From the NCBI RefSeq assembly GCF_964204645.1, contig NC_134031.1:14929807-14993806 (forward strand): a DNA stretch of 64,000 bases. Reading direction: 5' to 3'. Of this stretch, positions 12,920 through 27,500 are shown one piece after another. This stretch comes from Tubulanus polymorphus. Taxonomy: Eukaryota > Animalia > Nemertea. The translations under genes and the position numbers were made by a program. The first letter of the stretch is position 1; each line of letters begins with the position of its first letter. Below the pieces are notes generated by a model. That model was not told where the DNA came from and searched no databases. It saw nothing but the letters and a program-made list of their open reading frames with translations.

Positions 12920-14840
12920 TATCTTTATTGTCAGAGAATATTCTCGTATGACACATACAAATATAAATATAAGCGGATACAGTTAGTAAAGACATTTACA
13001 CATACATACAACTGCAAAATCAGTGAAAGTGATTACATATTATGATCTGATTTGATTAACAAGATTAATGAAGTGATTTAATATCTTTTACTTCTTTCAG
13101 AAACTTTGATAAATTGATACTATTGAGAGGGTTTCTCATAAATTTGGCAACTTTATATGTGTTATAGTATATATTAATATATTCATAGATTTGTAGATAA
13201 ACATAGAAATTATACAGCTGTTACTGGTGAATCACCGGTAATAAGGATTTTAGAAGCCTGAACACTGTTCGGACTACCCGAAGATGATGACTGACTTCTT
13301 GGCTTTTTTGCTCGCTTCAGCCGAGAACATCCAGGAACGTGCGGGTCAGTTCTTTCGCTCCATCAACCGATATGTACACCCCTGATAACAGTACAATCGA
13401 ACATCGATCGTACCGCTGATCCATGTGGGCAGAATGTTTTATCACTATCCATGTAATGGAGCCTGCTCTCGTTATCACAAAGTTTCTTTATGTATCTGTT
13501 TACGAGGGATGTACCTTCATTCAAAGTCATAACGCTTTTACTTTTCCCTTCCGAGGCAAGACACTGGATATGTTTATATTTGCAGAAGGGCATTGGCTGA
13601 GAAGGATATTCACAACTTTCGTCATATCAAGCATAACTTGATCGCGATCCTCTTTCTGGAGAGCTATGTCATTTGTCCCCAAATGTCAAATTAGTCATTT
13701 TTATATCCTCGCGAACTAACGACTTGTCAATGCTAAATAGTTGTTGACTAATTTCACCGGCAGTGGCGCCCGATAACCCATTCACACAAGCACTATTTGG
13801 AATATCAGTGAATATAAGGCGGTGGCATTTCGAATCGCCGATTATCACACACTTAGGCGATTTAGGCGATTTGGCAGCTGCACACGCTTCAGTTACGGGC
13901 GGTTGAGTTTGATCTGGCGTTTATTGGACAACGTTCACCAGTAGAGTTGAAGTCCGGTTCATTGAAAAGTTTTGTCTGAACTTCCCGTAGTCTAGTGCAA
14001 TCAGTTTTTTGTGTCATTCAGTCTGGCAATGAAAACAAACAATGCCTAATGAGCATTTCGCCGCCAGATGATCTGCAGCTTTGCACTTGAAGCACAATTT
14101 CCGCGAGCGCAAAAGACAAGGTGATCGGTACCCCCGCAATACCGGCACTGCGTCTTGTTGTTGTCACAATAAATTCTAACATCGAATTTGTCAAATTTAG
14201 TCTCAACTGGAACTATATCTTTTACGTCAATCATCTTTGCATATATTTTCCCATTCAAAATCTCAGTATTTTTTATCCTACCACGGCGAATGCTGCCGTT
14301 TAATACTTTGCCGAATCTGGACAGTGTGCGGCGATGAACGCATCAGATAGACCGACCGGAGCATCTTTATGGTTACATTCGTAGTGCTGGGCATTCATCA
14401 ACCATAAAAATTGTTTTTATCTTCGGATTTCTCCTTACAAATGTAGTCAATGACTCTAGATCGGTGAACGTTATTCTACATTCGCCCATTTTCAGCATTT
14501 GAGTATAGCTTGAACATTAGAAATGTTGTTTCCGAGAAAAATAACCACATCATCTTCAGAAAATTTACTCCATAAAAACGCTTTGGAACTAGACAGGGAA
14601 TCTAGTCAGACGGTAGTCGCACAGCCTGGGACCCTGGTTTTGTCCTCTTTGTACCTGCAACGTCCTGTAATGTCCTGTAATGTCCAAGAAGACCAAAAAC
14701 ACGATGATATTGTTCCGCGGTCCCTTTCTCTATTGTCTTTTTCCTCTATTACAAACTCCGGTCCCTGGCGAGAAAGTCGACCATGAACACAGAAACCCGA
14801 AAACAAAGGAATAAAAGGAACCCCGGATTTAGATATGATA
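12920..14840 (-). mobile_element. Degenerate non-LTR retrotransposon: ORF1-like with CCHC knuckle and SGNH esterase, ORF2 largely absent
   Basis: CRYCGGTDH (~14120-14150), CVIIGDS (~13830-13850), HLGTND (~13668-13685), RGVHI (~13370-13385); frameshifted; minus-strand AATAAA near 12925. Confidence 0.6.
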
Positions 14841-16703
14841 ATACTCAACTTTTATTCTACAATTTAATCTGAACTTTAGTCTCAACAATTTATAAAATTC
14901 CCTACCTTTTAATTTCGAATTTTGTTACAAATCCCGCACACAAGAAGATGCAATTCAACCGGATAGCCGAAAGTTATCTGTTCTATAGTCTTCTAATGCT
15001 TCCCCTGAAAATGCTCTCTAAAATAGTTTGCTCTCTTTCGAGGTGCGGCCCCTTTTATACGGCTGCGTCCACACCCAAGAAAAATCCAGAACCCTGCTTG
15101 CGGCCAGCCGTAAAAGGGAACGAGCAACCAACGCAGCACCACGACGCAGAGCTGGGGTCCTGATTCCTAGACTTTTCATTCGCTGCTAACTTTAACCCGA
15201 CCCTCGACGTCATGATACCTGCCGGTCTGCTCTCCTTCTCAACCGCACCAAAGAGATAAGATACTATTTTTCCAACCCTCAAACTCATTTATTTTAACTT
15301 ATCCAATGAACACAATTCCCATAATGAACGATATTTAATTTTGTCTAAATAGTAATATACAATGTAAGCCGAAATATCATCTTTCTTATTTATATTCTTT
15401 ATCATTATTAGTACATTCAAATCTAAACACACAAACTCTTATTAATTAAAATAATAAAACTCTTTAATATTACTTTTTAATATTACTCTTTAATATTACT
15501 CCTTATTATCGATTTATCAGACTAAGGGTCAGCGAGTGTTTCACAAGTTTATTTCATAATTGCTCATTTCCACGAATTCTTCTCATGACTACAGCGCCGT
15601 GATTACCTTCAAATGATTTAGAATGCTCGTCTGATACAAGTATAAATGTTTCAGACAAACAACCATTAAGGCGGATAATGTATAATAGTACATAACGAAC
15701 AATGCGTGAGTTCTCCCAGGACATGCCAAGAAACCTACGTATGTAAATTGTTTGATCTTTTTGAAAGTACAATTCAGCTGCGGATCATCATATAATAGTT
15801 GTTCTTTATTATTGAGGGTCCAAAACCAGAATGATTATTATAGTCTTATTATGTTGATTACAAATATTATTTATAAGATAAAGGCCTACATGATATAGGT
15901 TTCAATACAAAAACTAATCTGCCTAAAAGATATACACTGTACTACTAGTTTAGTAAAAATATTGCTTAACTCAAGTTATACGGTTTGCTTACCTGTTATG
16001 TCCAAGAAGACCAAAAACACGATGATATATAATAGTTGTTCTTTATTATTGAGAGTCCAAAACCAGAATAATCCAGAACGGTCTATGCTGGACCTTCTTG
16101 GTTTTGGTTCCGCCTTCTTGGACCAGGCAACCGATTGGTGGATAGAAACCAAGCTACAGTGGTGTTTACACAGTTGAAAGTTTGCCTAATAGTTTGGTCC
16201 ACAAATGGACGGACTTTTGGTTAAAGTAGTTTCCTTTAACTCTAATAAAAAATCACTCGAGTCAGATGTCACTTTATATCGGGGTCGTATCGTAAACAAA
16301 GGCGCGTCAGCTCTGCTTGAGTATGACTGTTTTGATTTACTAAATAGTTGATATTCAAAAAGTCAGATAATATGAAATTGAATATGATGAATGGTTATTT
16401 CATACAGATAAAAATGATGCCTAATATAAATCTTCAATAAAAAAGTAAAAATCGTAAATAATAATTTAGTGTTGTTACACCTCCAATGCACATAATAGTT
16501 AACGGTCGCTTTAAATCCATCTTGCAGTAGGTGGACTAGGATATAGTCAAAGATAAACGTATAAATAATCCAAAATTTCAGTGACCGATAACGAATCACA
16601 ACTTTGCCGCCATTTTGTTTCATCCAAGAAGCTTTATTTCGGCAATTTTTTCATTTTCTAGTTTTTTGACGTCACTTAAAAACCGGCCAATATTGCCCAA
16701 ACC

Positions 16704-18353
16704 TCAAAACATAGCAATTTTCGAAAAAGATGCCACCGCGTGAAGTCCGAGTAAAATATTCATGATAACATCGGATGCTTTCCTGTTCGATGCCGAATTA
16801 GCTCTAGGCGTAGGATAAACGAAATCGGTTGAAAGCATTGTCTCGATTTTGTCTGGATATTGTATTTTCCAGTAATGATCCATGTTACGTATCATTTCGT
16901 GTTTTTCATCGTAGAAACATGATTCTCCGCAAACAGCTGTTGATAAGGCAACTTCGGGATTTTGCTCGTTGATAAGCAATAACGAAATGGACGGTGGCAA
17001 TTTGTACAAGACGACTAAGTGTTTACCATTGCGACCAGACTCGACTCTCGCTGCCATAATCCTGCGTGGATTGAAGAAGAATCTTTGCGTTCCAGTATTC
17101 GTTAACTCGTACATTATATGTGAATCATAATATTGGCAGAAAAGACAATCGACAGGTTTTATCATCGAAATCTGATCTAAATCGTGCCGAGATCTCCGAA
17201 GGAATGTTCCGCTATCGAGGCCGGAATTTGATCTTTTAGCGATTTGTAACAGAACTCCCTCCGTTACCGAATTCAGATTTTTCGAGGGGTACAAAACGGA
17301 TTGTTCATATCTAAACTGTTTATAGAAATTTCGAAATTTCTCCTCGATCTCCTCGCACGAGTAAACAATACCGAGCCATTTATCGATGACGTATTTGTGT
17401 TCTTTCATGAAAAAGTAGCGCGCCAGTACATTGCTGTAATCTATCTTGAAGTGTACCAGGAAAAACAAGTATTCACTGTCTGTTTTGTAGACTCCATTTA
17501 TAACGTGTCTATAGCCATTCTTTATTCGAGGATAGTTTCCATTTGACAGCAATAGCGCATACATTTGCATCAAAATATATTGCCGCATTATTTGAAGCTC
17601 CGAATATGCCATGATAATCTTAACGCACTCGGCGGATTCTTTGAATGTTTTGTTTCGACAGTTTTGTATTCGAGCGCGTAACTTCGCGAGGACGGCGACG
17701 CCGCTGTAAATCGGAATATGCGAATGCAAAATACCGACCTCGTCGTTGGAAATCGTAGACGTGTTTGCCTCCCGGAAGCCGTCCAAAAATCTCTGCGAAT
17801 CGACGTATCGGGCTTTGACGCCCGTCGCCTCTGCCATAAGCAACTCATTATTACTTCGCTTTAAGATATCGGAAATCACTACTGACATGCTCGTTTGTTT
17901 GTTATTACCTTTGAAAACTAACCCCAAAATTGCATTGACGAATGGAGCCGCCAATGCTGCTACTATGCCTACTTTCGGAGGCAAAATTAACGGACCTAAG
18001 TAGCCGACTATCCCTAGCGTTCCGGATATAATATCACTTGGTTCACCGCTTTTGAATTGCCCGATGGTCGATGCTACTCCTGTAAGGCCGATTCGCCAAG
18101 AAGACAATTTTAACGCACTCGGTATACTGTTCAGTGACGACTGTAACGTCTTCAGTTCTCTGCCGATTTTATCCACTTCATCTGACCGTAATCCTTTCAG
18201 ATTTTCGACTTCCGTTTTGATCTGTTGGAGTTGCGTGTTTATGGCTTGGCGTTCCGTTGAAAGTTGGTCTCCGGTCTTGCTCGAGGCCGCGACCGTATAA
18301 TGCAATTGATACACAATGCATTGGATGAATATCAGCCACACAGATGAATTCAT
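16704..18353 (-). CDS. Secreted jellyfish-toxin (CfTX/CrTX/JFT)-like putative pore-forming protein, 549 aa, intronless, possible GPI signal
   Basis: Hydrophobic N-terminal signal peptide and coiled-coil. Motifs IGQFKSGEPSDIISGTLGIV, SVVISDILKRSNNELL..GVKARYVDSQRFLDG and EVGILHSHIPIYSGV match the recalled CfTX/CrTX N-terminal domain. C-terminal NSAS followed by a hydrophobic tail. Confidence 0.75.
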   Translation of the reverse strand: MNSSVWLIFIQCIVYQLHYTVAASSKTGDQLSTERQAINTQLQQIKTEVENLKGLRSDEVDKIGRELKTLQSSLNSIPSALKLSSWRIGLTGVASTIGQFKSGEPSDIISGTLGIVGYLGPLILPPKVGIVAALAAPFVNAILGLVFKGNNKQTSMSVVISDILKRSNNELLMAEATGVKARYVDSQRFLDGFREANTSTISNDEVGILHSHIPIYSGVAVLAKLRARIQNCRNKTFKESAECVKIIMAYSELQIMRQYILMQMYALLLSNGNYPRIKNGYRHVINGVYKTDSEYLFFLVHFKIDYSNVLARYFFMKEHKYVIDKWLGIVYSCEEIEEKFRNFYKQFRYEQSVLYPSKNLNSVTEGVLLQIAKRSNSGLDSGTFLRRSRHDLDQISMIKPVDCLFCQYYDSHIMYELTNTGTQRFFFNPRRIMAARVESGRNGKHLVVLYKLPPSISLLLINEQNPEVALSTAVCGESCFYDEKHEMIRNMDHYWKIQYPDKIETMLSTDFVYPTPRANSASNRKASDVIMNILLGLHAVASFSKIAMF

Positions 18354-18569
18354 TCTTTTGTCTTTAACTATTTCGTTAGTATTACCTCCCTGAAACGATT
18401 GTTTCGCGGTTTCCGATAGGATAGTTCATGTCACATGAATAAATTTCAATCTACTGGCTGGGTAATTCCTATTTCGACATAAATACTTAGTCAAAATAAT
18501 CAACAAACACGTTTACGTACAAGGTACAGAGTATAAATAACGCAGGGTTTCCCCCAGTACGCCGTGTAC

Positions 18570-19424
18570 TATGGTGGCTGATTCGGGCCATGATAAAAAA
18601 AAATTTCTGTACATAGGAACGATAAAAAAATTTCACATTGGACCGTTTTTTTTTTGTTTTCTCGCGCAAGAATTCAAAACTTTTGTTGGTTTTCTCGCGC
18701 GAAAAAAAAACGAAACATTTTAGTTTTCTCGCGCGAAAAAAACAAAAAACTTTTATTAGTTTTCTCGCGCGAGAAAACAAAATTTTTGATTCTCGCGCGA
18801 AAAAAATCAAAAAACGGGCCAATGTCAAAATTTTGTTACTGTTGCTCTAGCCGCACAGAAAAATGCAATTCAATTCAATATATTAATTTGCATAGAAGAA
18901 GTAAACATGTATACATCTACGCAGATTATGATAACAAAGTGGCCACCCGTACGTGACTACGTACGCGCATGCGTGAAAAAAAATAGGGGTTAGGTCAGAT
19001 GAACTTTCATCAACCCTCCTACTCCCGTATCGCTAACCTGTGGAGAACACCGTACGGTCACGTATTAGTAGCCACAGCGTTATGATAAATTGCCCATGGG
19101 CATAATGGTTTACCTTGAAAACTGGAGCTTGTTTGGAAAGGGTATTGCCTAAAAAATCTTTTTATTCATGCGTTCAAAGTTCTATTTCATATGATATTTT
19201 ATCTTTTTCAAAGATTTTTTTGTTGTAAAATAAGCTCAAAAAGAGGTTATTGAAGGTAGGGAAGCAATCATAATGAAATTCCTTGTTATAATTGTTCATT
19301 CTCTGATAGAACTATAAAAAAATCATAATATAGCGATATACACTCAGATATAACAGTAATAATATATAAACGTGAAATGTTTTGATGATACATCAGGAAT
19401 TTTACGTTATGGCCCGATTCAGCC
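18570..19424. mobile_element. MITE-like element related to 11913-12569, just upstream of the toxin-like gene
   Basis: TATGGTGGCTGATTCGGGCCAT / ATGGCCCGATTCAGCC termini; internal TTCTCGCGCG repeats. Confidence 0.65.
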
Positions 19425-21285
19425 GGTATCCGGCAAAATGTCCCGGTAAAATATGTCCCAGGAAGAAATGTCCCGGTCCATCATTACTAACTTGGTAATG
19501 TAGTTAATTTCACATCCTAACGCCAGAGAACAAACTTGGTAGTACATTTTAATTACAATTCTAACATTTGATAACAAATAATGGCTCTATTTTGATTTAA
19601 TTATTTGTATTATAAATCGAATATTTTTTTTTCAAATTTTACGTAGTAATTGAAGTAACTGTGCATTAACTGAATAACTTTTCAGAATTTTCTCCATTAA
19701 TGATGTCATTTTTAGCAACTGTGCATTCAATTCGATAGTAAAATCTTCTTGAATTTGAAGGATCATGTAATGAGTTCACATGTTCTCAATAGGCAAAAAA
19801 TGAATAAATGCCGAAATTCTAGGCCTATAATTCGCATGGTCACACAATGAATTCTTTTTTATGGTTAGTGTGCAATTTACACAATTAACAAGTTTGTTCT
19901 GTGGTGTTATTTCGATACGAAATTTACTAGATTAGTAATCAATAGAGGTTTTTTCTACCTTATGGGACATTTTTTCCCTGGGACATGAACAAAATATTAG
20001 ATGTTGTGCTTCATTGATGTATCGTTTGTTGGATTTAGACGCTGAAATCACCACGAGATCTTCACTTGAAGTTGAAAGGTAGAGGATTTTTGCTGCCATA
20101 GCAATTGCAGTACAGGATATTTTGGGGGTCTCCGGCGCATTTAATCGCGATTTTGAGTGGTGAAACGTTATCAAATGGCCTCCAAGTAGACATATTTAGA
20201 AAATATAGGATGTTTAAAATTACTAAAAAATTTAAAACAGATTTCATCGAAATCATTTGGATATTTTAGGAGTTACAGCAGTTTTAAAGCGAAGTGTACG
20301 AGTTTTATACGAGTTTCCACCCTTTCCTTTTTATATGTATATAGTACCAGGGATACTGAATGATCTAAGCTACAATTCACCCCCTAACTTCAAATATGAG
20401 CCCCTGTGGTGTTTGCGTATAGTACGTTTTCTTCGCTTGCTTCGGTCTTTTCTATTTCATGAATACAGGCGATTCATTGTATAGGCTCGATATCTGTACA
20501 GGAATTTACGATTTTCCCAGTACTCGCTGGAATTGACAGTTGAATCATATTCAACGCCGTCTTTTCTATTACGTAGCATCGGTAACATTTTTCACGAATC
20601 TAATACTGATCATACTACTTATAATCCTCAACGTCGCTCTTATAGTTTTGCCGAAACAAATTAGTAAAAGTAGACCGCATCTTGACACCCAAGATTCAAA
20701 GTTTAGCAATCTCGATCGAAAAGCTACTAAAAATGACGCTCGCTGTAGTCATTTTATTCCAACTTTTAGAGTTTGCTAATTCGCTTTCAAGATGATGGGC
20801 ACAACCGGTCTCTAATTGAAGATAGAGACCGTTAATGAGTCTACGCAGGTTTAAGAGTATTGCGTCGAGAAGATACACAATATCCATTCCATGTAAGATG
20901 GATAACGAGAGAAATCCCACAATGATTCAGACCGAGATTAAAAATTCTTGAATCGAAGAAGAGATTCATTTAGAGCAACGTTTCGGCTATCCTATCGAAT
21001 TCATTTAGTTGCTCCTTTGAGTTCTATTACCGGTACTTCATCCGAAACTGCACAACGAACAATCCCATACTTCTTTCATTTTTTGTAACCAACTATTTAA
21101 ACCGGCAACATCAAGGACAGAGAATAGAAACACAGTGAAATCATACTAACAAACCAAACACGAGACGGAACCTAAACCACCACTAAAACAAACCAATTCT
21201 CTCTTTCTCTTGATGGTAATTTAATCAGTTTTAAATAACCACAGTATAAACTTCGATCATCATCAGAGATATATTGATTGACAGA

Positions 21286-24430
<3,145 letters not shown>

Positions 24431-24534
24431 TTTGGTAGCTTGCCGGAAAAGGAAATAAACTGCGCGACGAACATTAAAATCCGGATATGGAAGAGTTTAC
24501 AGTTCGAGTCCGCCGGATTGTAGTATAATCCATC
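24431..24534. promoter_or_regulatory. Compact bidirectional promoter of RPS18/VPS52 with TCT/5'TOP element
   Basis: 104 bp between the two ATGs; minus strand TTCCTTTTCC at 24445-24454 fits the polypyrimidine initiator of ribosomal-protein genes. Confidence 0.8.
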
Positions 24535-27500
24535 ATGGCGGACGTTGACAGCTCGGCCGTTGCGGATGTAAGTTAGTTGTATATTTACTGTTAATTTGTC
24601 ATCGCTTCATCAGAAAATTAAACTGTTTTGTTATTTTATTAAAACAAACTTCAATCTTTAATCGAAACGAGTTTTGTAAAGATTCATTATGATTAAAGTA
24701 ATTAAAATTCAATTAGTCGGCGTTGAAGCCTGGTCTGTGTTTACTCCGCTTTGCTGAGGGTGAGGGAATTTTTCATCCTTGTTTTCTACTATTTTCAGGT
24801 GTTAAATGCTGACAATTTTAATCTCGGTGAATTGGATCTGACTTCTCAGGATTTCCTTCTCGATGAAGTTGATGGTAAGTCGACTCCGTGCTGTCAGTGT
24901 CACTGTTTCTGTTGATGGAAATACATTTTACGTAAATTTAATAAGGTAATCAAATCTTTGATGTTATGTTCTCCTTTGTCAACAGTTCACATTCAAGAGA
25001 ATTTAGAAGATGAACTCGTAAAAGAAGCTTTAGAATCTGTGAGTAAAAAGATTGTATCCGGATTCAATCATTTCTGATACGACGGTATGACGAAACATTC
25101 GTAAGTGTATCGTAGCAAAATTTTGCTAACTGCTGGGACCATCGAGGAGACGACTGTTGCCCTCTGCTCTTGGTCCATGCAGACTAGTTAGTTACCTAAT
25201 CATTGGAGCGAAGCTTTTATAATCGGATGGGCTTGTAGAATAACCAACACTTGGGGTTGAATGAAAATGAAAATATCGAATCGTGAAACTAAACCACAGA
25301 CAGGTTACTGACTACATGCAGACTTGCGTTCCATGTTGCCTTAGTGCATGATAAGATTTTAAAGAAAAATTTGTTTCATTGTTCAAATATTTGCGGATTT
25401 ATTTTTTCAGGGCGTCGATTTACGTCAGTACTCGAGACAAATAGAATCGGAATTATTAGACGTTGAAAATGCATCGATACAAGATTGTATCTTTTTTTAA
25501 ATCATTTTGATATGAAACTATTAAGAACAACCTGAAAAAGTTCGGAAAATTCCTTAATTCGATTTTGTAGATATTAAAGAAAGTGGAAATATCGCAAATC
25601 TTCATAAACAAATCGCGTCATGTGACAACATTCTAGAGGTTTGTTTCATAAAATCGTCGCTCAGAAAGAGTGGAAATATTTCTCTCTGATCCTCAGTTTG
25701 ATGTTGAGAGCGGAAATATTTCTCTCTGATCCTCAGTTCGATGTTGAGAGTGGAAATATTTCTCTCTGATCCTCAGTTTGATGTTGATAGTGGAAATATT
25801 TCTCTCTGATCCTCAGTTCGATGTTGAGAGTGGAAATATTTCTCTCTGATCTTCAGTTCGATGTTGAGAGTGGAAATATTTCTCTCTGATCCTCAGTTTG
25901 ATGTTGAGAGTGGAAATATTTCTCTCTGTTCCTCAGTTTGATGTGGAGAGTGGAAATATTTCTCTCTGATCCTCAGTTCGATGTTGAGAGTGGAAATATT
26001 TCTCTCTGATCCTCAGTTCGATGTTGAGAGTGAAAATATTTCTCTCTGATCCTCAGTTCGATGTTGAGAGTGGAAATATTTTTCTCTGATCCTCAGTTTG
26101 ATGTTGAGAGTGAAAATATTTCTCTCTGATCCCCAGTTTGATGTTGATAGTGGAAATATTTCTCTCTGGTCCTCAGTTTGATGTTGAGAGTGATAATATT
26201 TCTCTCTGATCCCCAGTTTGATGTTGATAGTGGAAATATTTCTCTCTGATCCTCAGTTTGATGTTGAGAGTGGAAATATTTCTCTCTGATCCTCAGTTTG
26301 ATGTTGATAGTGGAAATATTTCTCTCTGATCCTCAGTTTGATGTTGAGAGTGGAAATATTTCTCTCTGATCCTCAGTTTGATGTTGATAGTGGAAATATT
26401 TCTCTCTGATCCTCAGTTTGATGTTGATAGTGGAAATATTTCTCTCTGATCCTCAGTTTGATGTTGATAGTGGAAATATTTCTCTCTGATCCTCAGTTTG
26501 ATGTTGATAGTGGAAATATTTCTCTCTGATCCTCAGTTTGATGTTGATAGTGGAAATATTTCTCTCTGATCCTCAGTTCGATGTTGAGAGTGGAAATATT
26601 TCTCTCATGATCCTCAGTTTAATTTTTTCCTGATTGTTACAGACAATGGAAGAGATGTTGAACAGTTTCCAGGCCGACCTCGGTTCAATCAGTCACGAGA
26701 TCCAATCCCTACAAGAACAGTCGGTAGCAATGAATATCAAACTGAAAAATAGACAGGTTTTTAAACGATTAATCGACTTATATCCGTTTATCCCAGAGTT
26801 CTTAAAGATTGGTTGATGTATGATTATATAAATGTGTATGTTTTATAGGCCGTTCGTGGTGAGTTAAGTCAATTCGTCGATGAAATGGTGATTCCTGATA
26901 CAATGATCAGGTTTGTAATCAATTCTACCATTTTCCAGTGGTCTAAACGTCGAATATTTCTATATTCAATTAGTATTTTTTTGTCGGTAGTGTAATTTGT
27001 GACACGGCCGTCACTGACCGAGAATTCCTCGAACAACTTCACGAACTCAATCATAAAATCAACTTCGTCAAAGAACAATCGTTTAAAGACTCGCGTTCGA
27101 GCCACGACGTTAAAGATACCCTCGAAAAACTGAAACTGAAGGTAACTATTACTCTTACTGTAGTTTCATTAAAATTGAGGATTTTTTATTTATTTCAAAA
27201 ATAATGAAATTCATCGATGTTTTAAATTTCAGTCGATCGCGAAAATTCGAGAATTTTTGCTACAGAAAATTTATTCGTTTCGAAAACCGATGACAAACTA
27301 TCAAGTTCCACAGAATACGATGTTGAAATTCAGGTAAGTCTAGATACAGATCCACAGTTCAGGACACAGTTCACAACCAAGTAGCAGTTGTGAAGCCTGT
27401 AGAACATATTTGCTGTAGAAGTGAAGACTGAAAAACTGCAGAATATTTTGCAGATTTTTCAACGAGTTTCTGATGGCAAATGAACGTCACGTTGCTAAGG

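Noticed and set aside
19932-21100. Short ORFs between the toxin-like gene and RPS18
   Set aside because: Multiple stops in all frames, no recognisable family or consistent splice pattern
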